Of a DNA stretch of 64,000 bases, positions 26,459-39,075 are shown in pieces. The first letter of the stretch is position 1; each line of letters begins with the position of its first letter. This DNA comes from Chiloscyllium plagiosum. Its lineage: Eukaryota. The notes beneath the pieces were generated by a model. The model searched no databases, was not told the DNA's origin, and saw only the letters and a program-made list of their open reading frames with translations. The position numbers and the translations under genes are program-made. The stretch is from assembly GCF_004010195.1 (NCBI RefSeq), contig NC_057719.1, positions 64,922,819-64,986,818 of the forward strand, read 5' to 3'.

Positions 26459-28077
26459 ATACAGACTAAACATTTCATTGCATAAATTTCTATTGAAATC
26501 AAATTAACTGTGATGAAACATAAGCTGATGGCTGTATTCAACCCTCCTGCACACACCTATCCTGACTCGCCCTGACAATTTGATTTTAAGAAACCCCCTG
26601 TGACATGACATATCATTAGTACATTAGTATTTTACCTATCAGCATTACTTAGAAGCCTAATCATGTGAAAGGTCTCTCCAATCATTCCATCCACCATTAT
26701 GTTCCTTTCTACTCAGCCACTTTGGGTTCTGAAAATTGACTGCCACTAAACTTAATGGACTAGATTTTTGTAGTTTCATCAGGATTCTGGAGATATTCAG
26801 GAAATGGTGAAAGTGGCTATGTTCTGGAATCCTTGTCACTGATCTGGAGTCCCAAATTTTTGCTGATGTAGGATATGGTGCAAGTAGTGAGCACTTCCAG
26901 CATGGCTGGCCCCATTGTAGGAGTAGGCATCTTTTAGATTGCATGGTTTTTCTAGAGTGTGCCATTTCCTCCATGACTCAAAATTCACAACATCAATAAC
27001 CTCATGCAAGAATCTTTTAAAAATTAAGATCATTAAGCTTTAACTGTGCTGTCTTCATGCTTACTTATGCCTCTCAATGATCATATGACCAATTGTAACC
27101 TACAATCTCAATCGTGTCCAGTAGTTTCTCGTAGCTTCTGTGCCAAATCATACCACCTTGTCTGCCCTCAATGGCTGTTCATATTTTCCATGCCAACTCA
27201 TGGCACTTTCACATCCATTCACCTAATATATACAGTACCGATGAACTCTATAGTAACTAAGGAATGTGTGGAAAACTGCTTACAAAAAATACCCATTCAT
27301 AATTTTAATGAATCTGTCCCACAATGTGTCAAACGACTAGATCTTTGAACTATCAATAACAAGTTGTAAGTATATGGTGCTTCTTTATCTTGTGCAAGCA
27401 AATATTAACAATTTACAAAAGGAGATTACAGGGATTATTATAACATCACTTTACTGTCAATCCCGTTCCCATCTCCATCAGCAAAGAAAGTTAATTTTTT
27501 TATGGGGTCTGGTGTTAATGAATAATCTATATATCTTTAATGGATATAATTGCCCCCTTCAAATTCCGTGTTTCCACAATGAGACCCCATCTAATTATAA
27601 TGTAACTTTTCTTTTGATCTGGAAAATAAATGAATTATATTTAATCTTTAACTGGAATATTTATAGGTGTCATGGCTTCAAACCCAACGTTCCATCATGA
27701 GTAAACCATTGTTTGGCTGATCACCATCTGACCTAACTGAATACTTTGTGTGTGATACTTTTGTATTTTTTTTTAATTAAATTTGAGACTTTATATTCAG
27801 CTTACAACTCACAATTAAATGGTTCAATTTATGTGCATTCAAAACAGTCAAATTTCAAACTAAAAGTTACATTTCTGAAATTTGATTTTGAAAGTAGATA
27901 TCTGCTATATTCCTTTTTTCTTGTGATACTTGGGATGGCAGTCCGATTCCTGCTGGACCACAAGGAATCCTCATCAAGGCTTCAACCCTCAAGGCAATGA
28001 GGTCTTCTGTAAATATGCAGATCAGATTCAAATCATCTCATTGAGATCCCACCTACAATTTTATTATTCCCAATGAT

Positions 28078-30140
28078 GCAGGACATAGAACACTATAGCC
28101 CAGTACAGGTCCTTCGGCCATCAACGTTGTGCTGGCCTTTTATCCGACTATAAGATCAGACTAACCGACATAACCTTCACTGTACTATCTTCCATGTGCC
28201 TATTCAAGAGTCACTTAAATGTCCCTAATGTATCTGACTGTACTGCCACCCTGGCAGTGCATTCCACGCACCCACCACTCTCTGTGTAAAGAACCTACTT
28301 CTGACAGCTCCCCTAAACCTTCTTCCAATTACCTTAATGATAGACATTTCTACTGTGGGACAAAAGTCTCTGGCTATCTGCTCTATCTATGCCTCTCAAT
28401 ATCTTGTACCTTTCTATCAAGTCACCTCTCACCCTTCTTCACTCCAATAGAGAAACCATAGCTACTTCAATCTTTCTTCACAAGACATGTCCTCCAGTCC
28501 AGGCATCATCCTGGTAAATTTCTTCTGCACTCTCTGTAAAGCATCCACATCTTTCCTATAATGAGGTGACCAGAACTGAACACAACATTCCAAGTTTGGT
28601 TTAACCAGGATTTTATAGACTGCAGCATAACCTTGCGGCTCTTAAACTCAATCCCCCTGCTAATGAATGCCAACACACTGTATTGTCACAAAGCTGGTCC
28701 TTTTCTCAAAGCTGTTTCTTTTTCTAAAAGTTACTGTGTCCCTGATATTTTTCAGAGGGGTCGTAAAACAGCCCAGGCTCTGAAATGCCTGGTTGGTGCA
28801 GAGATGAATGGTTTATTGGGGTCCTTTTTGTTTACTCCAAAACAGATGATACCTCAAGCCTAAGACTTCCAGGTCTTTTAAAAAAGGTACAGTTAAGAGG
28901 GCGTGGCCATCTGTTCAGCTGTGCAGTTCAGTTCAGCAGTTGTATGTGTAAAGAAAGGCTGGAATTCTCTCTCTCCTTGCAAACTGTAAGCCTGTGCCAT
29001 GTTTTACTGTTTGTGCTGAGGGATGTGTGTGTTTTTGGAACAGCATCATTAAGTTGGGTTTGGATAGAATAAGTTATCAGGTATTCTATTTTCTGTTCTT
29101 TGTGTTTCATTCTGCAATTTTGTAAATAAATTTTGTTTGTTTAAAACTTGGCAGTCAACCCAACAAATTTACACTGACAAATAGCAAAGTTACAGTCTGG
29201 GCTACCTGCTTAAAAATGTTTTGAGGGGTCTGGCTAGTCCAGAACAATATGCCTTCTTAACAACCCTACCAACTTAGGTGGCAACTTTGAGGGATCTGTG
29301 GACATAGACTCCAAGATCCCTCTGTTCCTCCACACTGCCAAGAATCCTGCCTTTAACCCTGTATTCTACATTAAAATTTAACCTTCCAAAGTGAATCGCA
29401 TCACATTTTTCCAGGTTGAACTCCATTTTCCACTATCAGCCCAGTAATGCATCCTGTCAATTCCCATTGCAAACTACAACAACCCTTTACACTACCTACA
29501 ACTCCACCAACCTTTGTGTCATCAGAAAACTTACTAACCTACCCTTCTGCTTCCTCATCCAAGTCATTTATAAAAATCACAAAGAGCAGAGGTCCCAGAA
29601 TTGATCCCTGCTGAACACCACTGGTCACCGAGCTCCAGGTTGAATGCTTTCCATCTTCTACCACCCTCTATCTTCTATGGGCCAACTAATTCTGTATTCA
29701 GACAGACAGATTTCCCTGTACCCCATGCCTCCTTATTTCCTGAATGACCCTACCATGGGGAACCTTATCAAACACCTTGCTTAAATCCATGTATCCTACT
29801 TGACCCTCATCAATTTGTTTTGACACATCCTCAAAGAATTCAGTAAGGTTTGTGAGGCATGACCTGCTCCTCACAAAGCCATGCTGTTTGTCTCTATCAA
29901 ACTATGCTTTTTGAAGTAATCATAAATCCTGTCTCTCAGAATCTTTTCCAATACTTGCCCACTATTGACATAAGATTGATTGGTCTGTATCTCCCAGGGT
30001 TATCCCTGTTTCTTTCTTGAACCAGGGAATAACATTTGTGACCGTCAATCATCTGGCACGACTCCAGTGGACAGTGAGGATGCAAAGATCATCACCAAAT
30101 GCGCAGTAATCTCTTCCCTCACTTCCTGTAGTAACCTCAG
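28078..30140 (-). mobile_element. CR1 LINE of a different subfamily, split by a solo LTR
   Basis: CR1 ORF2 and 3' UTR on the minus strand, colinear across 28684-29246. Confidence 0.85.
28684..29246 (+). mobile_element. Solo LTR (563 bp), probably Gypsy-type
   Basis: TG...CA ends, 4-bp TSD GTAT/ATAT, internal AATAAA near 29125; flanks rejoin into a continuous CR1. Confidence 0.8.
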
Positions 30141-30179
30141 AGTATCTTCCTTGCTATTCAAGCTTACCAGGAACAAAAC

Positions 30180-30980
30180 CCTCAAGCCTGCTCTGCCATT
30201 CAATAAGTTTTGAATAGTTGATGTATTTGTGATTTGAATTCCACATTCTCATCTACTCCTGAAATGCTTTGATTCCCTTCCCAATAAGAAATCTATCTAC
30301 CTCTCACTTAAAAATAGTTAGTGACCTCCCTCCATCATCTACTGAGGGAAAGAGTTGCAAAGTCACGCAGCTCTCTGAGAGAAAACACTTTGTTGCAGTT
30401 CTAAAAGGGTGACCCTAAAATTTAAAATCGTGGTGCTTAGTCCTAGAGTGATCCATAAGAGGAAGCATCCTTTCCCAATCACCTTGTCAAAACCATTCTG
30501 GATTTATACACTTCAATCAAGTCACTCTTCATTCCTCTAAACTCCAACAGAATAAGTTTTTGGTTCTGAAGATGACTCATGTTGGTCTCTCTCTCTCTGT
30601 CTCTCTCTCTCTCTCCACAGATGCTGCCAGACCTGCAGTGTTTCTCTAGCACTTTCTGTTTTTATTTCAGATTTCCTGGATCTGCAGTATTTTACACATA
30701 TATGGAATCTCTCGTGTAATAAAAAATAATATCCCATTAGCCTTATTGATTACATGCTGTACCTGCATATTAACTTCTTGTAATTTATGCGATGGAACAC
30801 TTAAATTACAACTGCACCTTGACAATTCCACTGTATTTCTCCATTTAAGTAATGGTCTGTTTTTCATTCTTCTTGCCAAATTAAACAATTTCACAGTTTT
30901 CCACATAATGCTCCATCTGCCAGACTTTTGCCAACCCATTGAATGTGTCTATATTGTCTGTAGCCTCCTTTTGTCTTCAG
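30180..30980 (-). mobile_element. Old CR1 3' fragment with a Penelope-terminus insert (about 30562-30695, includes a (CT)n tract)
   Basis: CR1 RT C-terminus on minus; insert starts GTTCTGAAGA and contains the CAGATGCTGCCAGACCTGC module. Confidence 0.7.
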
Positions 30981-31119
30981 GAGTGGGGAGTAGGCCATTC
31001 AGTCCTTTCAGCCTCCTTCACCATTCAACTTGAATATAACTGATCCTCTACTCAATGCTATGTTCCCATTTTCTCCTCATACCCTATGATGTCTTTAAAA
31101 TTAAAAAGAAAAAGTTGTC

Positions 31120-31319
31120 TATTAGATTTGATTAGATTAGATTAGATTAGATTACAGTGTGGAAACAGGCCCTTCGGCCCAACAAGTCCACACCGACCCG
31201 CCGAAGCGAAACCCACCCATACCCCTACATTTACCCCTTACCTAACACTACGGGCAATTTTTAGTATGGCCAATTCACCTGACCCTGCACATCTTTGGAC
31301 TGTGGGAGGAAACCGGCTC
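31120..31319 (-). mobile_element. 5'-truncated HE1-type SINE with (ATTAG)n tail
   Basis: ATTAG repeats followed by ACAGTGTGGAAACAGGCCCTTCGGCCCAACAAGTCCAC. Confidence 0.9.
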
Positions 31320-31985
31320 CCTTGAATATATAATTGCTTTAAAACTTCTTGACCTTTTTCTAGTGGGCCAGGATGAATATTCTCCAGATCCCACAAAGAA
31401 GCTTATTTTCCTAGGTCCACAACTGAGCTTCCCTTTTGAAGATTCTTTTTCTAGGACTTACTTGACTGCATTGGCCCCATTCTCACCTACTCTCTGACAG
31501 TCCTCCTGCACACTGACTAGATAATGATTCAGCCCAAATAACAATATCAGAAACACACATTTATACCAATCGTATATGTTTAATTGGCACACGTTTAGTT
31601 GCTTTAAAGTCTCAGTTGACTCACATATGGTGAGTCAATCAAATAGATTCAATGTCAAGGAAACTTACTCAATTAAATATTAAGAAAACAAAAAAGTCAC
31701 ACTTTGCTACTTTTGCTAGCTTTCTTTTCAATCAACAATACACATATCAGTAATGTTTTGTATTGCCACAGGTTTTACAGTATACCAGTTTTGAAACTTA
31801 ATTTGTACTGTTGCACAATTAACTTGACTGGAATGTTTCTTTTCTACTGTCTTTTGTCTGCTTTGAATAAGTAAAGATTTGAATGTCATAGTAGGTACTA
31901 TTGATATCTTTTTCAAAAAGCATCCCTTTGAGATGCAACTGTATCTACTGCTACCACCATTTCAAAAAGTGCATTCCAGACCTGA

Positions 31986-32078
31986 ACCAAATGGGACTAG
32001 ATTAGGTTGGGATATCTGGTCGGCATGGACGAGTTGGACCGACGAGTCTGTTTCCGTGCTGTACATCTCTATGACTCT
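31986..32078 (+). mobile_element. Very short CR1 3' tail
   Basis: Matches 11385-11465. Confidence 0.85.
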
Positions 32079-32689
32079 GTCTCGTCACTGAATCTTTGAT
32101 CTATTAGCACAAATCTGTGTCCTTGTTTATCAAAATCTTGAAGGATGTTGTACGTCTCTGTTCAAAGGAGAATGGCCTCAGCTTCTCCAGTCCATTCACA
32201 AAATTGAAGTCTATCAAAACTGGTATAATTTTAGTGAAACTTTACTGCATCCTTTCTAAGATAGTGACATCCTTCCTAAAGTGCAGTTCAGACATTTAGT
32301 GCAATATTCACACCAGTATAAATACGAACAATGTGTTAAGAAAAAGGTCATCATTGTTGTCTATTGCTTGATTCACGGATGACCTCTAGTCAGGGTCTCA
32401 ACTTTTGCCATGGGTCTTCGTTATTCAGAAAAGGCCAATTCTGCATCCACAGATCTTTGGACACATGGAGAAGGAAATACGAGTACTCACAGGGATGCCA
32501 AGTGCAGGACTTGCTTCATTTTCTTCTTGACAACCACTCTCTGTCTTTAGTAAGGTACCGAGATACAAAAGCAGATGCAGCTCGATGAACAAAATGTTGC
32601 CATTTTAGTTGGTAGTAAGCTCCACCCAGCCAAGAATATCAATTCATCCGTACTTCAATGAGAGCTTCAGAATGTCTTTATGTAACATG

Positions 32690-33570
32690 TTAAGTGAAAA
32701 TGTGTGATGCTGGAAACGGGACAGTAGGTCAGGCAGCATCCGAGGAGCAGGAGAGTTGACATTTTGGGCATAAGCCCTTCATCGGGAATTTGGTGAGAGG
32801 ACGGAATTGTGTGGGANNNNNNNNNNNNNNNNNNNNNNNNNNNNNNNNNNNNNNNNNNNNNNNNNNNNNNNNNNNNNNNNNNNNNNNNNNNNNNNNNNNN
32901 NNNNNNNNNNNNNNNNNNNNNNNNNNNNNNNNNNNNNNNNNNNNNNNNNNNNNNNNNNNNNNNNNNNNNNNNNNNNNNNNNNNNNNNNNNNNNNNNNNNN
33001 NNNNNNNNNNNNNNNNNNNNNNNNNNNNNNNNNNNNNNNNNNNNNNNNNNNNNNNNNNNNNNNNNNNNNNNNNNNNNNNNNNNNNNNNNNNNNNNNNNNN
33101 NNNNNNNNNNNNNNNNNNNNNNNNNNNNNNNNNNNNNNNNNNNNNNNNNNNNNNNNNNNNNNNNNNNNNNNNNNNNNNNNNNNNNNNNNNNNNNNNNNNN
33201 NNNNNNNNNNNNNNNNNNNNNNNNNNNNNNNNNNNNNNNNNNNNNNNNNNNNNNNNNNNNNNNNNNNNNNNNNNNNNNNNNNNNNNNNNNNNNNNNNNNN
33301 NNNNNNNNNNNNNNNNNNNNNNNNNNNNNNNNNNNNNNNNNNNNNNNAGGAAACTAGGGAAGTTGATATTGATTCCTTGTGGTTGGAGGGTTCCAAAGTG
33401 GAAGATGAGGCATTCTTCCTCCAGGCATTGGGTGGCTAGGATTTGGTGGTGGAGGAGGCCCAGGACTTGCATGTCCTTGGCGGGGTGGAAGAGGGAGTTG
33501 AAGTGGTTGGCCACAGGGCAGTGGATTTGTTTGGTGTGTATGTGTGTGTACTAGAGATGTTTCCTAAAAT
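32690..33570 (-). mobile_element. Penelope-like element 3' region spanning an N gap
   Basis: ORF ANHFNSLFHPAKDMQVLGLLH..LEEECLIFHFGTLQPQGINI (GIY-YIG C-terminus); terminal module with hammerhead-like core at 32757-32786. Confidence 0.85.
32817..33347. other. Assembly gap (531 N)
   Basis: Run of N. Confidence 1.
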
Positions 33571-34244
33571 GTTCAGCGAGTCCAACATTTAAATGAATGG
33601 AAGTATGGATTGAGGAAGCTAAATTGCCTGCCTCTCTTTCTCTAGACTGGATTTGACACTCATCTGGGAAAATGTTTGAAGACAACGAGCATATAAAGTC
33701 CAACGCTTGGGATTCCTGCTGACTATCCACCCTTTGATCCATCTGAAATTTTACATTGGGGCATAGTCATTGGGTTACCCACCCATCCCTGAGCATTAGG
33801 GTCCCATCCTGCAAGCCTATTGTTGTTCTGTCTCTGGAGGGGAGGGGAGTCTATAAAATGTGGGAAGCCTGATGGCTTTATCTGCATGACCTGGTCTTAG
33901 GCAAAAGGTGAGTAGTGATTTTGTTTGATGGTTCCCACGACCCATCAGAGGCATCCCTTCACCCTTCATGTCATCATCCGCTTTTCATCCTCCCCCTTAC
34001 TTCTTAAACCTGGCCTCCCACCCACTCATGCTTGTTAAGTCATTCCAAAGCCAGATAATGAATTAGAATGCCAATCCTTTTACTTAATACTATGTTCATT
34101 TACAGAGAACAGTGCTATATCTGCCTCTTCCCTCACCAAAACCTAGTATCCCAGCAATCTTTCCTCATATGTGCTCAAAGTACTTAATCAATCAATCAGT
34201 GATCTTCATCTGTGAACCCTTAATACTGATAATGTGGTGAGTAT

Positions 34245-34302
34245 GGCAGGGTTCTTGTGGTGTATTGGTAGTGTCCCTACCTCTGAGCAAGGAGACCTGG
34301 TT
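34245..34302 (+). mobile_element. Truncated tRNA-derived SINE head
   Basis: TGTGGTGTATTGGTAGTGTCCCTACCTCTGAGCAAGGAGACCTGG, an A-box-containing head. Confidence 0.45.
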
Positions 34303-35034
34303 GATGAACAATATCTAGTGAGCATATCGTTAACTCCCTTTCTTCAACAATGCTGGGACACCAAGCCCAGTCTTATCTGTGATATTGTTCTTTAAGGAGG
34401 GACTTTCTCCAAAAAAGGGGTGGAAGTCACTCCTGAAATCAATCGGTGCTACTCCCAGCATGGCACAGCAGCTAGCGCGATCCTATGTGGGACTCCCCTG
34501 GTTTTTTATACCTGAGCTGGTCGTCTTGAGAGTAATGTAGGAACCATGGCAACTCATTAAAAAAAGAACTAAGTTTCTATGAAATCTAAACATTGCATTA
34601 TAAGGGTTTAGTACCACTGTACTGTTTTTGTACATTATTCCTCAACTGCAAACCAATGATCCTGTGTACTTGTTTAAACCCACTGGGGTAAGTGCGCTGG
34701 AAATCAAGGCACATTACTTCCAGAGTTTCCAAAAATATGAAAAAAATTTAGTTAATCTATTCAAAGTCCCCAATTTACCTGACTGATAAGCTCAGGTTAA
34801 AAGAAAACACTCACCAGATTTCTTTACTTAACAAGAAAACAAATTCTCTTTAATCAATGATAATTAGGAAATATGAATTGCTAAATTGTAACTCCATTGG
34901 ACAAGTTCTGACCTTGCCTAACATTGACAAATATTCGCATTCAATGATCAACAGACTACAACAGGAAGCTTCAATTCCAGTTATTTTTCTCTCTTCTCCT
35001 TCACACAGCTACATCATAATGTTTAATTTGTCCT

Positions 35035-35312
35035 AAGGTCTAAGGCTACAAGGTAGGCCATTAAGGACTGAGTTAAGGAGAAATTTCTTCACTCGAAGAG
35101 TAGTGAGATTGTGGAATTTGCTGCCATAGAAAGTGGTTGAGGTCAAATCATTGCATAATTTTGAAAATAAGTTAGATGTGCTGCTTAGGGCTAAAGGGAT
35201 TAAAGGGTATGAGGAGAAAGTAGGAACAGGATACTGAATAGGATGGTCAGTTACAATTATACTGAAAGATGTAGCATACTCAAATAGCCTATTCCTACTA
35301 TTTTGTATGTTT
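35035..35312 (+). mobile_element. CR1 3' fragment
   Basis: RNFFTRRVVRLWNLLP-type C-terminus and 3' UTR. Confidence 0.85.
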
Positions 35313-36199
35313 CTGAAATATCTCTCTTTTTCATAGAACATTCTAACAAATATTAAGAAAACCAATTTCGTTATGGTCAATCTATGTGAGTTTTTTGTGA
35401 CATTTCTTTCAACCCTCGACAAAGTCCATGAGATTAATATATGTGCAGCTCACTGGAAGATAATCTTGAGTTGGCCTTATGTACAGATCCAGTTATTCTT
35501 GAAAGCTGTTACCAATACAACTCTACCAGAACAAATTCTTCCCTGTATGATTTCCACTTTCTGGACCACTGCCATGAACAAGGGTGAAAATTGTTTCAGT
35601 CAATGGGAGCATTGCTTAACACAGTCAGAAGAAGTGCCAAATTATTTCATTTATTGAGCCTCTTGTGATTTTGAATTAGGGAAGTAATTGTGACATCGAA
35701 AGTTGAGCATTAGGAATGAACACGCTCTGTTATCTAATTGAACAACAATCACAAGATCCATAACCATAATGAGTATTGAATGTATAAAACTATCACCTGT
35801 GAGAGGAGTGCAAGCAGTCAGGCAATTTCATTCAGTTTTTAGAGCTTTATTTGAATAATTGTAATGAGATTAGTGCCATTTCATTAAACTCAGATATATA
35901 TTACTCTCCATTGAAATTCTTTAAACTGAGATAGGTCATTAAATTATTCTTACCCTGTTAAGATCTTACCCTGCTAATCAGTTTACAGCCATAACTGGCC
36001 TGAATAATGACATGTGTCTGCTTGATCTTGTGTTTTTAACTGATATTGCACATTAAACTAACAATCTGGAGGAACTTGGGCTGTGGGTGTCTGCTCATAC
36101 TTTGTCCCCCAGCCTGTTTGCTTCATATCTTTTGAAACATTTTGTTTTGTACTGTAACACTCCTTTATTTACATCTGTACACAGTAGGTTCCCAAATAT

Positions 36200-36301
36200 G
36201 AAACAAAAACAGAAATTGCTGTAGAGCCTCAGCAGATCTGCCAGTATCTGTGGAGAGAAAGCAAAGTCAGTGTTTCAGGTCCAGTGACCCTTTTGCAGAA
36301 C
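36200..36301 (-). mobile_element. 102-bp Penelope-terminus-derived insertion with 14-bp TSD
   Basis: AGGTTCCCAAATAT at 36186-36199 and 36302-36315. Confidence 0.85.
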
Positions 36302-36384
36302 AGGTTCCCAAATATACCTCTGTCTTCATATGCTCATTCTAGACGGATGTCTTCTCTCTTATTGATGTCAAAGTCTTTGCTGGC

Positions 36385-36920
36385 ACCTCCTTTTTTTTTT
36401 ACAATTTTCATCAATGACTTAGATGAGGAGAATAAAGGCATAGTGGCTACCTTTGCAGATGACACAACGAAGTCTAGGTAAAATATGATGTAAAGAAGAC
36501 AAGGAAGATAGATTAGTCATTCGGGGCTTGTTTCCATTAAAGTTTAGAAGAGCGAGGAATGACTTGATTATAGTGCATACGATCCTGAATTGCCTTGACA
36601 AGAGGGACATAGAAGGAATGTTTCCTCTTGTGGATCAATCCAGAGCTTTCTTTAGGACATGCTTTCTTTAGGACTTGAGATAAAAAAACATTTTTTTCCC
36701 CTTGGAGGGTTGTGTGACTTTGGAAAACACTGCATCAGAAGGTTGTGGAATATTTTTAACATAGAGGTATGTTCTTGTCAGGCAAGGGGAATCAGAGGTT
36801 ATCAGGGATAAATGTGAGTGTGGAAATTGAAACACAAGCAGATCAACCATGATCTTATTGAATGGTGGAACAGGCTCAAGGGGCCAAATGATCTACTTCT
36901 GCTCTGGTTCCATATGTTGG
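36385..36920 (+). mobile_element. Old CR1 RT and 3' fragment
   Basis: [23 protein letters not shown]. Confidence 0.8.
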
Positions 36921-37327
36921 TATGAGTCGTGTGATCAGTTGTATCATCTTGGATTATATGAATCTTATTAAACCATATTTCGCCCACATTTCTCTCTTAT
37001 TACTCCAGTAGTATTACTTTATTTATCTTTATCTTTGTAATCATTAACATAACTAGAGCCATTATTGCTACCTGACTCTCACAGGTCAAGATGATCTGAA
37101 ACTCTACCTGGGTTTCCTGAACTGGCTAATTTGAATTCAACACTAGGCTGATTGTGTTGCATATGCTTGGAATAGTTGTACCACTCTGTACACTATCTGA
37201 TGTAGTCTAAGTATACCTGTCCCAGAGTCTGTGTTAATCATACTCAGTTTTGTGTCCTCGTGTGTAAGACCAATACCTTCTTGTTCAGGTACTCTGACAA
37301 TACATGATCTCAGTTAATCTGTTGTCT

Positions 37328-37536
37328 AGGAGAAAGTGAGGACTGCAGATGCTGGAGATCAGAGCTGAAAAATGTGTTGCTGGAAAAGCGCAGCAGGTCA
37401 GGCAGCATCCAAGGAACAGGAGAATCGATGTTTCAGGCATAAGCCCTTCTTCAGGAAATCAGGATTTTCTGAAGAAGGGCTTATGCCCAAAACGTCGATT
37501 CTCCTGCTCCTTGGATGCTGCCTGACCTGCTGTGCT
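37328..37536. mobile_element. Fold-back Penelope-terminus-derived element with two hammerhead-like cores
   Basis: 68-bp inverted arms 37387-37454 and 37469-37536 (5 mismatches); TAATCTGT on both flanks. Confidence 0.85.
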
Positions 37537-37789
37537 AATCTGTCTGTTGACATTAAAGCTAGGGTGCAGAGATGTTGCCCTTGATCTAGAGTTGTACCAC
37601 CTACTTACATTATGCAGAGGTTTTTCTCAAGTTGTTCTACCTCCTTATGGTCTTGAGAGATTATGTTTGCCTTGCAATTATGTTCTAAAATTTCTGTATC
37701 TGTTTTTAATCTCCTTCCCATGAACAATTCAATATGTTGCTTTGTAACTGTGTAGAGCTCATTCTGAGTCTGGATTCTTATGTGTCAGT

Positions 37790-38520
37790 GACATCATAGG
37801 ATTGACTACTCTTTCCTTCCTCCTGATTGAGGATCGAGAAGAGAACTTGTTACCTGATTGAAGCCTGCCTTCGAAATGGGCTTCATGCAATTCGTAAGTT
37901 GAGGTCCATCATTTGATACTAATGCCTCTGAGAAACCATATACCACAAAGATCTTTTCCAGTGCTCTGACCACTGAGTCTGCTGTGTTTGATGGATATCT
38001 TCCACTTCAACCTATCTTGAATACATATTTCCCTTAAAATCAAATAGATTGGTTGCTAGCCCTTCCCATGGCCTTTTGTAAATCGAAATGAAATCAGTGA
38101 CTCTTGTCTGTGTATGACACACATTGAGCATAATTGAATGTAATCCTGTGTCTTTCAAAATGCTCTTGCTCTGCACTTCTTTATACCTAGAAGTGCCCTC
38201 CATGGAATTTCTGAAGGACCTTCATTAGGAGATTTGTCCTGATCTCAATAATGTTACCAAAGGCTTTTGGTCCATCTCAATCTGAAATTTTAGTCTCTTG
38301 AGATTGTCTGTGAAACCTTTACATCCCTATATAATTGCTAATGCTTTGCTCTCCATTGTTGCATATCTCTATTCAGCTGGCATTAAAACTCTTGACTTTA
38401 AGTAGACCGTTTTTCCGTTCTGTCAGTAAGCACGTGATTTGGACTGATTTACATTTGTAGACGCATCCATAGATACTGCAATGTATAGGACTGTACTGTA
38501 ATATACTAAATTAACAGGAG
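37790..38520 (-). mobile_element. Ty3/Gypsy pol remnant (RNase H and integrase)
   Basis: Minus strand has VSMDAS, YATMESKALAI, RPWEGLATNLFDFKG and IFVVYGFSEALVSNDGPQ, decayed versions of DAS, YAQIEKEALA, RPW..DLF and SDNGPQF. Confidence 0.8.
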
Positions 38521-38837
38521 TATCTCAGTGCACCACTATATTGAATGTCTTCTGGAAGTCTGTGTACAAGACATTAACAGCATTATCCTCATTAATGCTC
38601 TTTACTATCTGTTCAAAGAACTTGAGCAAGTTAGTTAACTATGATTTTTCATTAGGAAATCACTAATTAACCTACATTTGTTCATGGGTTGGTATAGTTG
38701 GGGATTGAGGTGGATGAAAATGAGTGGTGAATATGTTCGAGGTAATAGTGAGAGTGATAGAGCATGATCCTTGATGGGAAGTAAGTACATAATGGAGATG
38801 GAGTGTGAGGTATCAGAGAAAAGATAGTGGCACTTAC

Positions 38838-39075
38838 TTTGGAGGAGTGAAGAAGGAGATTGACCTTTTCCCTATATTGCTGGGCATTCCTGCAGATGTT
38901 GAGACTGCACTAACCCGGTGGCAACCTCAGACCAGGCTGGTATGGTCTGATATTATGGCCTCCCTTGCTAGTCCTGGGGGAAGAGACATTTTTGAGTTGC
39001 ATCACCCCATTTAACTTGAGCGCCAGGTCCCTGCCCACAAAGCAGGGTGTCAGTTTCCCTCTGTCTCCCGTGCCT
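38838..39075 (-). mobile_element. Degenerate Myb/SANT-like ORF of PIF/Harbinger type
   Basis: GKLTPCFVGRDLALKLNGV..LFPQD..PAWSEVAT..RNAQQYREKVNLLLHSSK with frameshifts, ending at a GTAAGT donor. Confidence 0.7.

Noticed and set aside
32364..32588. ORFs on both strands with a minus-strand GTGAGT donor
   Set aside because: No recognisable protein and no convincing acceptor
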